Shown one piece after another: positions 26,071 through 40,047 of a stretch of 64,000 nt of DNA. Below the pieces are notes generated by a model. The model had not been told where the DNA came from. It worked only from the letters and a program-made list of their open reading frames with translations, and searched no databases. Positions within the stretch are counted from its first letter, which is position 1; each line of letters starts with the position of its first letter. Position numbers and translations under genes: made by a program. The DNA is from Marsupella aquatica (taxonomy: Eukaryota; Plantae; Marchantiophyta): NCBI GenBank assembly GCA_973895155.1, contig OZ316896.1, positions 10,613,525 to 10,677,524 of the forward strand. The letters run 5' to 3'.

Positions 26071-27635
26071 TAACTGATGATCCTCGCTACCCCAGTACGA
26101 GGTGCAAATGAATGAAATCCACTACTACTTTCATCTGCCAATTAATATCACCTTATTCACATTGTTCATTGTCTTCTATATATGAACATTAGTAGCCCAA
26201 GTAGGAGTAGAAGATGTTTTCCAAGACTCTACCCTAGGGAATCATTTGCAAGTTAGATTATTAGAATGGGATGGTAAAAAAGAAGGTTAATCTTTTAAAT
26301 ATAGTTGGGTTACTAATTATAACCAAAGACATGACTGTACTAAAGATATTTAATAATCTAATTTTGACAAAATTATGAATTGGCAAGGTACTCACTTTTT
26401 TTCCAAATTTGTATAAAAAAGATGCAAAGGGTTTTTAATTTAATTGATACATTTTGTTTGTAGAATAATTGTTTGTCTCACTATTTGTGGGGGCTTTACA
26501 CTAAGCGACTCCCCAAATGGACTCTTACCTCTCAAATTGGCAACTATAGAGTCTAGTTCTTAGCAAAATCTTGAGAGACTTCACCACTGGTTCATTTTGG
26601 TGAAGTCTCTACATCCAATTTGTCTACTCTCATCTCACTAAGCAATTGTAACCTTTGTCACTTATTCTTCACTGGTAATATGCAATATCCATGCCAATAA
26701 GCCTAACACAAATAACTTGTCGAGCAAGTAGGCTTACTTGCCCCTGTATTCTTTCACCAGATAAAACACAACATGTTGCAGAAATAATGCATTGATTCCA
26801 TCATACCAACCAAAGAGGTACAATGTTTACAATCCTATACAATACAATGCCTAGTGAAAATCCATGTCATGTAACCATAGTTAAATGTAATCATTGGCTA
26901 TCTCCCCATTGGTCCCTGAATGTTAGGGTGGTTTTTTGGCACGTAACAATAAAGCACATTGTGTAAAAATTATCATCCCAAAATTTACAGGTTCACATGC
27001 ACATGTTTTTTGATGGGGCAGGTTTTTTTAAGTACAACACTAGTACTTGTTTTGTGTGCAAACATTGTTTTGTATGGCGGTGCAATTTTTTATTTGGTCC
27101 GCTGGTCAAAACTTTAATTTATTAGTGGTTTTGGGGCCACATACTCTTATTTTTGAGGTTTCTTTTGCATAAGTATTTTTTTGTGCAACTTTTTTGTTGG
27201 AAAGTAAAATATTCATACATCATTGTATATTGTTAATTTTTTTTATGTGACTCTTTTATACCTTTTTTGGATTAAAAGTCACCCTCTAATTCTCCTGCAT
27301 TTTTCCTTGCCATTTCACTTCTTTCATAAAAGCGATCCCCATTTCCAAAACATAATATGTGCCACATGTTTACAATTTTTTCAAGCCAAAATCTAAAAAA
27401 ACAACCTTTTATTACCCTGCATTGAACTCTATGAAATTGCTTTGTCCAACCTATTATTCATAATCCCTAAATATTCTCTCCTTTTTTAACAATGGAGAGT
27501 GATTTTTTTTTCTTTGGAACTCGTACGATTTCACAATTTAAATAAAACACAATACCCTTTATCTTACATATTTGTAACATATGAGTGTTTTACTTAGAAA
27601 AACACTCTGCAACATTTGGTATTCCGTACTTATAG

Positions 27636-27935
27636 TTGTGATGCTCAATTATATATTAGAGGAGGATCCTTTGCACACTACCTGAGCCTTTTGAGATACG
27701 TAATCTATGGCCAGGAGACACTGCGCACCTGTGATGCCCAATTACATTTTAGAGGAGGATCCTTGCACAGTACCTGAGCCTTTTGAGATGTTGTATTCTA
27801 TTGCCATGAAATCACTGTACCTGTGATGCTCAATTATATTTTAGAGGAGGATCCTTGCACCGTACCTGAGACGTTTGAGATACCGTATAATATTGCCAGG
27901 AAGACACTATAACTGGCATGCTCAATTATATTTTA
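27636..27935. repeat. Tandem repeat, about 3 x 92 bp
   Basis: TGTGATGCTCAATTA...TTAGAGGAGGATCCTTGCAC..TACCTGAG units near 27638, 27730 and 27822, with a further partial copy near 28143. Confidence 0.85.
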
Positions 27936-28179
27936 ACTTTTAATTAGTTTGCCATTAAATATGTTTAAATTGATAATCTTTTCATGGTTTTTACAAATTT
28001 GCACAGTTTCATATAAAGACAACAAGTTCATAAAAATAACAAAAATAAGAATACATGAAAATCATGGTAATTTTTTTAATATGATAAAAATAAATTTATA
28101 AATTAAATATTTTTAGTGACAAAGAAATTAAATTTATTATATTTTAGAGGATCCTTGAACAGTACCTGAGCCCTATCCA

Positions 28180-28475
28180 GATCATGGGGCAAACTGGTAC
28201 CATTAAATTAGCTTTTGCTCAATATCATGGAGCATTGGCATAAGAAAGTATACCATTAAAATTAGCTTTTATCGCAAAATCATGGAGCAAACTGGTACCA
28301 TTGAAGATAGCTTATCCATAGATGTAATGAAAATTAGCTATTGCTCAAGATCATGGAGCAAACTGGCGCAATTAAGGATGGTATCCCAATCATGGAGCAC
28401 ACTGGCAAATGATGGTATCCTTTATTGCGCCAGTTTACTCAATGATGGCGCAATCATGGAGAAAACTGGCAAATG
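28180..28475. repeat. Short degenerate tandem repeat (TCATGGAGCAAACTGG core)
   Basis: The core recurs about six times with 45-75 bp spacing. Confidence 0.75.
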
Positions 28476-28584
28476 AAAGGAAAGCCAAAATGAACTGTGG
28501 AAAGGGGGAGGGGGGGGTGATCTTGGAGACATTGACTTGTATATTCTATTGTCTACCACCCAAAAAGTCTGGTACCTCTCTTCA

Positions 28585-28975
28585 CAAGGTGTGCATTTTT
28601 ATTTCCTTTTACATTTTTAGAATCATTATTTCAATACATTTGAGTATGATTGGGATAATTTTTATTTTATAAACCAACGGAATTCACTCTCCTCACTTTA
28701 AAGGTGTGCATTTTTATTTATTTACTTTTTTAGAATCATTGTTTCAATACATTTGAATATGATGGGATAGCTATGGAATTTATTATCAACAAACCTTTGA
28801 GTATGATGGGATAGCTTTTATTCCATAAACCAACGCAATTCACCCTCCTAGCTTTTCATAAACCAATGGAATTCACTCATAAACTTTAGAGGTGCGTATT
28901 TTTATTTCTTTTTACTTTTTAGAATATATTTGAATATGATGGGATAGCTATGGAGTTTATTATCAATAAAACCTA
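28585..28975. repeat. Degenerate tandem repeat (AGGTGTGCATTTTTATTT core), also dispersed
   Basis: Three copies here and a related copy at about 58389-58450 in a CFAP58 intron. Confidence 0.7.
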
Positions 28976-28997
28976 GACATGGTCTTAGAAAGGGCTA

Positions 28998-30052
28998 CCG
29001 TCTTCCCCTGAACACAAGGCCCGGGCACTATATTCGAATAGTGAGCCAAGGGGCGCTCTATTTGAATATAGTGCCCAGGCGTTGTGTTCGAGTTTGAAGT
29101 CAATGTTTTCATTTTTTGGACTTGTGGCGTTGTGTTCAAAATGTGACGTTGTGTTCAAATTTAAGGTAATGTGCTTGAATTTTGGCTTTGTGAGATGCAT
29201 GTAGGGTGTAAGTAGGAATGATAGGCATAGAAGTTATGTGTATTAGATTAGAGAGGAGTGTGTTCAAGTTTAGGTTTTTTGACTTCCCAACAATATTTGC
29301 TCAGGTCAAAGGATATGTAGCTAAATAATTAAACCACTGAAATTACACAAGGGGAGAAATCAAATTTCAATAGAAAACAAAACCTGACAAACTATACATA
29401 CCAAGTCTACTATTATCACTTAGTAAAACATATTCGTCCACTTTTCACAGTTGTTTGGTTTATTGTGGCCAATTTGCTTGTTTCTATTATTTAATTTTTT
29501 TTCATGCAGCCTGGAATGTTGGTGAGACTGCTTTGTTTCTATTGGAGTGCCTTGATCTTGAGGGCAATGGAAAATTGGAAATAAAGAAAGTGAATCATCA
29601 GACCTAATTATGCACTTAGGCACTATGGGTTTCTTTGACAAGATGCCGTGGCGTCAGTCAGAGGTTGATATGAAAGTCCGTTGAAAGTTCACACAACAGA
29701 AGAATATATTGATACTTCCGGATTGCTGCTTAACATTTTGGAAAGAGCACACCCTTCTCCGAGAATGAAGGATTTTGAAATTAGCTTGCATTTCTCAAAG
29801 GACGATGGATTTAGTAAGTTGAAAGTGCGGATGTGTCGGACTAATGTAAGTAACGTATTGTAGTTGCAATCCAGTTACCTTTCTCCTATAGTCACTTGTG
29901 CATTTTCGAACACAAAGTCAATTTCGAACACAGCGCCTGGGCGCTGTGTTAATATGGCAGTGTGTTTGAGTAAAATCGTCTTTTTTGCCTAAAGTCCCCA
30001 TTTTGACCATATTCAAACAGAGGGCCCGGGCGCTGTGTTTGGGGGAAGACAG
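28998..30052. mobile_element. Non-autonomous Tc1/mariner (pogo-like) DNA transposon
   Basis: Left TIR CCGTCTTCCCCTGAACACAAGGCCCGGGC matches the reverse complement of the right end, CTGTCTTCCCCCAAACACAGCGCCCGGGC. TA on both flanks (28996-28997, 30053-30054) and subterminal GCGCTGTGTTCGAA-type repeats. No transposase ORF. Confidence 0.8.
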
Positions 30053-30725
30053 TAGCTATATGGCAAGTGGTGGTTTAACGCCCGGCTGAGTTTCATGCTT
30101 TGTGGCCGCTGGTGCATTGCATTTCCGTTAAATAATCCACTTTAACCTCAACTTTCAAGTCCACTTGCAGCAAAAATTGGAAACTTCTTCTCCAAGCCCC
30201 CTGGGTTATAATCTCAAATCTTCCGTTTTGTGGACAGCTTCCAGTAGATCAAGCTGTTCACGTTTTGTAATTGATATATGCATGACTCAAGCCACCAACC
30301 TGATCATCCACCACAGTTCTTTGGACGTTGGAAAATTGGAGATGCAAAGTAATACACTTCTCCATTTTCGCAAGTGTTTACACCAATTTGCTTTGTTAAG
30401 CAGCTTCTGTCAAACTAAAATAATTTCTCCGAGTGTGTCACCATTCTGGAACTCAATAATGGGAAGAAAAGACGCCTTATCTTTAACCGGCTGACTTCTT
30501 TATTGTATCACAATGTTACACTTCAGCTCAGACCACCAATCTCGTACATAACTACGCCAATAAGTTGCCCTTTAAGCGCATGGGATACAACACTAACGAC
30601 TCTCACAGAAAAAATTGAAGGGTGACGAACTGGCCACCACCCAGTAATGTACACGAAATTCCGTACTTCACAACTTGAAGCATAGCCACTGGAGATCGAC
30701 TGAGTTTTGGGGTTGTTGCAAACCC

Positions 30726-33700
30726 CTACCTTTTTCTTCTTTGATACTTCTTTCTTGTAGTTTTGGAGCCACCAGGTCCAGATCCACCTTTTCTCACCTT
30801 TCCCCCAGTTGTTGCTCCACTGTCTCCCACCCTCCGTCTCTTTGGCTGAGATGAAAATTCAAAAACCATTCAAAGGACAAACATCAGTCAAATCCTCCAG
30901 AATCACATTAAGAATGTGGACTAGGTTGAAAAGCCCAGTTTGCCAAGCTATTTCGTAGAATCGTCCGTATCTCATCGTTGGCAATACTTCGAGCAATCAA
31001 CCCAACGAACTCAAAGCAAATCAAGCTCCTGGACACCGAACCTACCTTAGCCGAGAAAGTCTTCAAAGGATCATCATCACCACTCCTTTTATTCTTCCGC
31101 TTTACATAGTTTGTCTTAGATTGCCCCATGGCTGCTCTTGATATTTTCATGGCGCGACTTGCAGCCTCCGTGGTTGGATCTCGCAGATACTCAGGTACTG
31201 TTCGCAGATGAAAAGAAGGTTGCTTCTTGCTAAGTACTTTGTCATGCTTCAATAGCTCTGTACACAGATCAGACAAATATTAGTTATACACTGCTTTGCA
31301 TGTAGGGGAGAAAATTTCAAGAAATACATGCTATTGTGTGAATATTAAGAACCTCATCCCACACGCGTTGGTCAAAGGACTTTGACATTTACCAAGATCT
31401 GTGGGATTGTCCTCAAAATGAGCTTTTAGCCTGTACAGTAAAAAAAACACACATGAATTAAATTGGTTTCAGGATCAACCCCGCTCCTGCATCTTGTCAT
31501 AACATTCAGAATTTCAAGAAGCAGGAGAGTGATAACGCAAGCAGCAGAGTTGAGCAACTCAAAATAACTATAGTGATGACTTAAGTTCTAGAAAAGGAAG
31601 TAATACGATGGCCAGGAATCTGACGAACACATGAAGGTTGATCATTCAAATCCGAGGGAAACTGGACAGCACAAAATCAATAATCGATTCTGGAGGTCTG
31701 ATGTGTCCTGCTTAAACAAGAGGTTGGACCCCAACTTTTAAAAGCAAAGACTATGAGGTCCATGGAGAAGGGGCCAACTGGTAATAAATAACAGGTATAA
31801 TTGTAATCTATTTCTCTTGCAATGGATCTCTGGTAAAAGTCTTGGCTATAACATGAGTTACTCCATCTCACTACCCTGTCTAGCAGACTCTAAAGCACTC
31901 GTTGGTCTGGCCTGTTATCAATTAATTAGTGCATCTTCTGGCTTCTTGAAAGATTAATGAACTGGCCGTCAACATCCTCTGACCTTTATAAAACTTCGCC
32001 ACAGCATGAAATACGAGAGGGGCAACAATCAAGTGATCTACAAAGAGTGACACCAGAAGAATCGGCACCCACCTATCCGAATTCAAAATCTCCATGCGCA
32101 ACTCCTTGGCTCGTGCCTCCCGGACGGCAATTTTGGTCACAGTTCGTGCAACATCCTACGTGACCGAAACAGAAATAAGATTACAACGCGATCAAGTAAA
32201 AACTGTCATTTCAACAACTATTGGGGAAGAAACCGATAAAGTAACAAGGGGAACGCAAAACGAGATAGAAACAGGATCACCTCCGCTCTGTATCGTAAAG
32301 ACTCTATGGCAGCTGTTGTGAGTAATGGAAAAGGTGCTATATGTTTTGTATCCTTGCTTTCCGAAGTGCCGTCTAGAAGCTCTTCAATTCGATGCATGAC
32401 ATCGTCTTCTTCAGGCGATACCTGTACAGTAATCAGCCCAAACTTAGACTACGTAATGACCAATTATTTCACCGCTCTCCAAAATGATCGGAGCCAAACC
32501 CTTTCAATCATGACAAATAAAAAGGGCAGACCTTGAGGCAGACATACCAGAGAAACTGATATGCCTGAATTCCCAGCACGCCCGGTTCGTCCAATTCGAT
32601 GTACGTAGCCGGCGGCTGTAAGGGGCATATTGTAATTGACAACCTGTATATCGCAATGAAAACCAGGTCAGAAAAACACCCTAACCTTCCAATGTCATGC
32701 GCTGCAGGCTTGGAAATTTGTGGAGGTGTTTCTAAATCTACGAACAATCTTGCCATTCCTCCTGGTGGGCGGCCGATAAACCTTTTCAGTCCTTTGCTAC
32801 TTACTTTTCTTTCCATTCCTAACACGAATAACACAAATGGTCGCCAGGTCTTTGGGGTAGTTTGCTCAAGTCCACAAATCGATTCAAAGTCATGTACCCG
32901 GACTATTGCCCATGAAAATCTATGACTGTCAATGGTGTAATTTCGTACCGTTCGCACATTCTTGAAGTCGACCCCTCTAACTACACCAAATTCAGTGTCG
33001 GTTATGCGTTTCTTCAACTTCTTACTGGAAGGCTTTGCTTCTGCAGTCTCATCACCGTCCACTGTTGCCTTGTCGTCATCATTTCTGTGCATCGTTGACT
33101 TTCCATCATCCGTTGCTATTAGATAGTCAAAGAGCCCCACATTGAACTCCTGAAAACCAATGATAGAATGTCAGCTGCTAGAACTACCTAATCCTTGGTT
33201 CAAAATCAGCTGTGGATACTGATCGCGAACAGAAAAGAAATAAATGTTTGAGATTACAAATGTCACCCTCCCGACGTCGCCCTATCCGATGCACATACCT
33301 GCAGTATGTGCTGACGGGAGTTTTGCGGAAGCTCACCGTTCAGAACAGCTGACTTTATGCCAAACTGCGAGAAGAAGCACCACATATTCAGTAAACAGAA
33401 AATAACTGTAAAAATTCTGGCAGTAAGCCATCCTTTAGAGACATTTCCCATACAATTTTGGCTGAATGGTACTGGATACCTATACGTCCAGTGAGAGAGA
33501 GAGCCTAACATTTCTTGCGCGCTATTCATCAATTCAAGTAACCTAGCTCCATATGACGCAGCACAAAGACGAACTACTGAAAGCGAAAAGGGACTTTGTA
33601 CCATACCTGTTCAAGAAATAATTTGAGTCGAAAGCCCATATCTACTGTGTTGACGAAAATGAGACCCTTCTTTTGAATGAGCTCGAACCTGAGCAACCCT

Positions 33701-36666
33701 AGTACGTACAGAAGTTTATCCCTTGTTTTACACTTAATCTGCAGAAGAAAACATTATTTGAGCATCTCATGCATATTCCAAGCTGTATCCATGCACTAGA
33801 GAAGAGTCCGGCTTGTGTCTCTAACAAGCATTCTCTGCTACATCACATCACTCGATGATTTCAAAGAATAAAGATGCCCAGACTCAGGCCTACAAAAGAT
33901 TTCACGTCGAGCAATGAGTGGGTCAGATCATCGTGAACTTTGGGTTTATAAATTGACTGGAAACTGCACCAGTTGGGCACGGTCATGCCCACAACTCTGA
34001 TTACGGTCTACCTCAGTCACATCCAACTTCTACTGTCTAAATCAATGGGGCATAAGCTCATTCAACCACGAAACGAAACGAAATTCGTACCAGAAATTGT
34101 TGGACGGATTTTGGAACTATGCTATCATCTGTCAAATCCTCCATGAGGGTCAAAGTCACCGGATTGTGAAGAACAAGTTTTTTGAGCTTCTCAACGTCAG
34201 GACTGCAAGATAATTAAGAAGGTGATCAGACCCAACATCAGAATTTAGCTACCAGAACAGCGTTCTTTAAGGTACAAGTAGACTCGTGATTAACCGAAGT
34301 AAAAACAAAATAAGTTCAAGGACTTTCGTGTTTGGTCCAGGACGTGACAGCACTTGCAACAAACCTTGAAGTTGCTGACATGAGAAGACACTGACATCGC
34401 CTTGGCACGTGGGGAGCGAGCTTCCGTATGTCATCCTCGTATCCATAAGACAGGAGCAGATCAGCCTGCAGATGGAATGAAAATGGAATTTAGTGTTTGG
34501 CCTTCTTGCGAAGACGGGGGCATTGCCTGACTTTTTACGCTATTGTGCACGAAGTGTATGCGTGTGGGGATGCGGCACCAGGTCCTCACCAAGTTAACGA
34601 CAAAAAATTCGCAAAATTCGCACTGCGAACATATATTAAGAACTTAACCTTAGCAACTCTCTAAAACGTATTCATGGAAGGCTTCACTGGTAAAAAGCCT
34701 TTTCAGTTTGTCATGTATGAAGGGGATTTACGATAATCCTGAAACAAGCCTGTTTTAAACAAACTCAAAGCTACGTCAACAATCAAGGTGCAGATGGAAA
34801 AATGGTAACATCAATTAGGCTCTTTTCCAATCACAGGCGCCAATATGATGAAAGGTACCAACCTCATCAAGAACCAAGGTCGAAAGCGAACTCTGAAGAG
34901 CTGACGGCGGTAACAACTCATTCGTTATACATGCTGAGATCCGGGCTGGTGTAGCTACCACAATATCGGGTGGTCCTGCCATTGCTGCTCTCTTAACCAA
35001 ATTCATATCACCCGGTTCAGCAGAATCAGGCTACTGATATTTCCTTTATGAACTAGATGCCATGATCCCACAATATGCATAAATTTCATTACCATATACA
35101 GAAACACCAGAGTGCGAGAAAGAGAGGTCAAGAAACCAAACGAGATACTACATACCACACTGCCATATTGACAACCGACCGAACTTATAAGCAAAATTCG
35201 CCACTCTTAGAAAAGTAACGTCAAATTCTCCAAAAACCAGTGTTTGAAAGTAACGCAGAGGTTTGTAGGACATATATTGCCAAGCGTTTCGAATTCTCGC
35301 ATTTCATGGCTGCTACAGATACAGAACGCAGACTCAAAGGAATTCGAATGATACCGTCTCTGTGTAAGCTGGATCTTCTCACACCACCTGTCTAATTTTA
35401 TGTCCCCTGTCCAACTAGAACTTGTCGGAAAAGGCTAATTTATCCACCATTTCTTCTCTTAGTGCATGTGCTTTTCGGACAAAATATGTCGAGACAGCTT
35501 CCGAGATCCGAGTTAAATACATACCATAGTTTGAACAGACATGTTGGTGGTGAGCTGTACAACTTTTAGAGCCGCTCCACAATGTTCTAAGAGCCATCGA
35601 ACCTCATCATAAACCTGACCTCATGGAAAAACAGGAAAATGGCTCAGACCTCGTCACAAATGATAAATGCAGTTCAAAAAGGACGGTAGTATCTGAATTA
35701 AACGTTGAAAATTTGGGTAAACACGTTTAGCTTGAATAAATATTTGAAACTGTCCTCCTCATGATTTATGACAATTACTTTGCTACAGAGACACGCAGGG
35801 AAAGCTATTGCCACACTTTTCCCCGCTCCCCCACCCCCCCCCCCCCCGGTCAACTATACACTCTCACAAGCAGAAAAAGAGCAGTGCAACGCAAATCCAT
35901 GAATTGCAACCTAGTTTGCATTTGAGTTGCCCATTGAGACCCTTTTCAATCATCTCGATGACTACACAAATGGTCTCAGACAAAGAAATCTCAACTGGAT
36001 AACAAATGTTCAAAGGCTGAAGAGCATGAGATTGTTCTCGAAATAATCAAACTGGAGCGCACCTGTTGACAAAGCTCTCTCGTGGGAACGAGTACAAATG
36101 CTCTCGACCCTGCGCGGAGAGTAGTCTCGGGGCCGTCCCCAAGAATTTTGTGAACAAGCGGTAGAAGGTACGCGAGGGTTTTTCCTGACCCAGTTTTGGC
36201 CCTCGCAACGATGTCCTTCCCCTCCTGTTCCGGCCCAACAACCACAAAACAACACTCCAGTTACTAACTCTTCTCGCCCGAAAGTCCTCCATATGTGGAG
36301 TGCGACCAAACAGCAAAACCGCATCGCAGAGTTGAGAATTAAGGACGCCAAAAGCGTGACGTGGTAATTGTGCGAACTCAAGTGCGAGAGTCGCTACGGC
36401 CTGCTTTCAAACCAGTGAGATGAAACGGAAAAGCGGAAATGCGGAAGCGATTTGACGAACACCATAAATTCGAGCAGAGCTGAGAATCTTACGAGGATTA
36501 GAGGGATAGCTTTCAGCTGAATTGGAGTTGGTTTCATGAGCCCTTTCTTGATGACAGCGCGCAGCAGCCGGGGATCCAACCCCATCTCCTCGAACCCGAT
36601 TTCATCCTCTTGCTTCTCCTCTTCCCTCCCTCGTTCCGGCATTTTTTTCTCTTGTGAAGCTCCCAT
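30726..36666 (-). CDS. RH16: DEAD-box ATP-dependent RNA helicase 16 (DDX56/Dbp9 orthologue), 15 exons
   Basis: Exons 36666-36493, 36224-36063, 35614-35525, 34991-34863, 34465-34365, 34202-34091, 33738-33607, 33364-33299, 33149-32949, 32643-32548, 32421-32281, 32155-32073, 31430-31393, 31257-31046, 30845-30726. Motifs: Q motif (FEEMGL..PTPIQ), [17 protein letters not shown] across exons 4/5, [39 protein letters not shown]. Splice phases are consistent. Confidence 0.95.
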
Positions 36667-36909
36667 GGTTCCTTCCGCTTCTCGACCTCTGATCCCTCTA
36701 AAACCCTTCTCTACTCTGTGCTTCGATTCTCTCTGCAATCTCACAACTGGTGATTCCCCAAACCCTAAACCCTACTTTTGTCTCACCACGGTATGCAGAG
36801 AAGAAAGATGGACCAATTTGTAAAAGGGCCAGAACAAAGCACAATGGACTAAAAGCAAAAAAGAGGTCCAAAGAGTAAAAACTCAAAATAAGTGAGAGGT
36901 AAATATATT

Positions 36910-37010
36910 TGGTCAGTTGGCTAGGGGATTAGCCTAGAATCAAGGGCTTAGGTTAGTTGGCCAGGGGATTAGCCTAAAACCCAAAGGTCCCAGATTCAAT
37001 CCCCCTCCCA
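36910..37010 (+). mobile_element. Possible tRNA-derived SINE head (partly duplicated)
   Basis: GGT.AGTTGGC.AGGGGATTAGCCTA occurs twice, followed by the B-box-like GGTCCCAGATTCAATCCCC, just upstream of a (GT)n tract. No complete cloverleaf. Confidence 0.35.
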
Positions 37011-37028
37011 TATGCAAGGGTTGTGGCC

Positions 37029-37029
<1 letters not shown>

Positions 37030-37087
<58 letters not shown>
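37030..37087. repeat. (GT)n microsatellite
   Basis: Pure GT dinucleotide run. Confidence 0.98.
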
Positions 37088-37089
<2 letters not shown>

Positions 37090-38622
37090 TACTGGTTTCT
37101 CCTCATCCCCTAGCTAGTCCGCTTTGGGCTCTCGTTCAACCCTCTCTCCCTCCTGGTGTGGGTATGACCCCCTTGTGGATTACCTTATAGAGGTGCATGC
37201 TCCAGAGTTGATTGTCTATGCTCCAGAGTTGATTGTCTATCCTCTATTGGAAGGGTCAGCTTTGGTTTCAAGGCAACAAAAAAAGAAACAGAGTATATCT
37301 CAAGAACTTAAAAGAGGAAAAACTAAGAGAGCCGTCTTTCTAAGGTACCCTAGCAGTAGTTAAGTTTGCACAAATACTAATTATTTGAAAACAGTTTCGC
37401 ACACAGCAAACTGATATTCCAAAATTGTCTGACTGGAAAAATATGCTGGCCTATCTGACAAATGGGGCAAAAATAATTTGAAAACAGTCACAAAACTTTG
37501 ATGAGATTAGATGTTGTTAAGAAAGTGCTTTCGCTTGAAATAGGCAGTGAGCACAAGTTTTGTCTAGGTTTGAGTGAAACACCGGACAAACGACATTCAG
37601 AACAATTTTTCAGCTGGGAGTAATTTTAATGGCCACTTGTGGCAGTCTGAAAGCAATTTAAAATAACTTTTCATGATCAAAGATTGAACCACGTGACAAT
37701 AAGGGTATGGTAGATCGAAGACAAAAGCCCAATAAACCCCTTGGATGAGTAAAAGGGTGATTTTAAAGCTTTTTTCCAACTTTTTAGCCTGGTGGCCAAT
37801 GTCACCTTGTGTGAGTAGAAATGCTAAGAATATTTCTGACCTAATTCTCCAAGATTTGTTTTGATCATTAGATCTCCATAGATTCAAGACTAACCATCAG
37901 ATTCTGGCTAATGGGTCCGTAGATGGGTGGGAAATTGGCTAATCCAAGACTAGAAAAAATCTGGTAGCTTTTGACCAAAGGTAGTGAAAACTTTCTCAAT
38001 GAGTTGGAAAAATTTTGCCATTAAAAGAAACACTGATGAGTACCAAGAAACACCTTCAAAGAGTGGGTTTCAAGAGTCGGAGAAATATTGACATTTTTTC
38101 CTTTTTTCCTATATGCCCATCTTGGCGAGGCTAGCCAAGATTGAGCTCATCCCAGTTTCCAAGCCTTGATTCACCAGCTTAGGGTGAGATGATTGGCAGA
38201 GACAAGCTAAGATTTACGATAGTATTGAGCGGTATGATTGATAACTGATAAAATTGTGCACCTCTATATTGTATTTAGGGTTCTTTTGTTCTTGAAAGAC
38301 ATACGAAGGATTGTAAATGCTGCACAACAAATGAAAAACCATGGGCAGCAATGGTCCCTTGACTCTATCTGTGTACATTCTCAACAAGTCAAGATTTGTT
38401 TGTCTTGTTATTGTTGTAACATGTCCGCCTAGGGTTGGTCTTTGGATTTAGATCTTTTAGCCTGAGTGTCCTAATAAGGAGTCTCAAACCAGCTCATTTC
38501 CAGTGATTTCCTAAGACTGAAATGTTGCAGGCCAGGTCAAGGACCAAAATATGCGGATCCAGCCAAAGGTGACCATCAGTGACTCGGGCGATTACTGCAC
38601 CGGCTTTATAAGTAAGACTATG

Positions 38623-39360
38623 ATGATCCCACAATATGCATTACTTTCAGTGGGCACAGGTGTGCACAAATGACAGTTCAAGAAATAACGAGCAACTACA
38701 CACCAGACTGCTACATTCACAATGCACCGAACTGAAAGCTGAATCCGCCACTCCTTGAACAATAACGTCAAATCAGTTCTCCAAAAACTCAGTAATTGAA
38801 AGTCACACTAATTGAAATTACTAACTGTTCATCTGACTGAAGCAAAGGTTTCTAGGCATGGTTTCTAGGACAAACATTGCCCAGCGTTTCGGATTCTCGC
38901 ATTTCGTAGCTGCTAAACATACAGAACGCAGATCCAATGGAATTCGCCTCTCTGTAAGCTGGATCTTCTCACATCACCTTTCTACATTTATGTCCCGTGT
39001 CCCAAACTAGGTCTTGTGGTAAAAGAATAATTCATCCATATATTTCATCTCTTAGTGTATGTGCATTTGAGGCAAAAACGGTAGAGATAGCGCCCGAGAT
39101 CCAAGTGACATACCATAGTTTGAACAGAAATGGTGGTAGTGAGCTGTACAATGCTCTAAAAGCCATCGAACCTCATCACAAACCTAACCTCATGGAAAAC
39201 AAGAAAATGGCTGAGACCTAGTAGAACATGATAAGTGCAATTCACAAAGGATGCTAGTCGCTGGAGACAACGTTGAAAATTTGAGCGAAGTGGTTTTTCT
39301 TAGAAAACAATTGAAATTATCCTCCTGATGATTTATGACCCACAAGGAAAGCTGTTCCCC
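38623..39360 (-). pseudogene. Partial duplicate of RH16 exon 3 with flanking introns
   Basis: Collinear similarity to 35062-35812. The pseudo-exon (39183-39114) is 70 bp versus 90 bp (20-bp deletion) and keeps its AG and GT splice sites. Confidence 0.85.
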
Positions 39361-40047
39361 CAGACCCTCTTCAACCCCGCCGTGCATTCCATTATGGCTT
39401 AAGGTCGAGATTCCGCTGAAGGAATGCCTGGGCCTGCTACTATTCGTGCCTATTTGGACTTCCAAAAGTGACTTCTTGCCAGCTCAATCGTCAGCATCCA
39501 TAAGGCTTTTCTCACGTGTATGCAAAGAAAAATGAAGCTCGTTGTAGAAAGAGAATCGCCATCAAGCTTTTCAGCCGTGAATGATCTCTTCTTAACAATC
39601 TAAATCTATTAAGCCGCTATGCTTGTTTTTCACCGATGCAACGCAGGTTTCACAATCAGAATTACAACCTCTTCACAAGCAGTAAATGTGCAAGAAATCA
39701 GTAATTAGATCGTCCTTACAAGCCTTTGAGGCAGCTTTCGAACATCACTGGGAGGACCCAAATATCATGCCTAGAAACATATGTACAATTGTGAACGTAA
39801 GCTCTACTGTAGAAGACTTGCTACATATTTCACGCCAACCTTAGCGCCCGAAGAGAAGAAGTTATTGCAGCTTTCTTGTTGATTAGAGCTGGCGCTGTTC
39901 TACGGAGTGACAATTATTCCAGAGTCTCCAACCTCAACCATTCCCAAGAAGTATTTCCGGAGGTGCCAGGGTGAAACTAGCGCATCCCCTTCTGGATATG
40001 GTCTCCGGAAGGGACTATTGCTACTGTTCATGAATTCTGAGCAGCCT

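Noticed and set aside
32508-33140. 210-aa ORF as a separate gene
   Set aside because: It is RH16 exon 9 read through into intron and out-of-frame exon sequence.
36910-37010. tRNA gene
   Set aside because: Only A/B-box-like motifs, with no acceptor stem or cloverleaf. Kept as a low-confidence SINE head.
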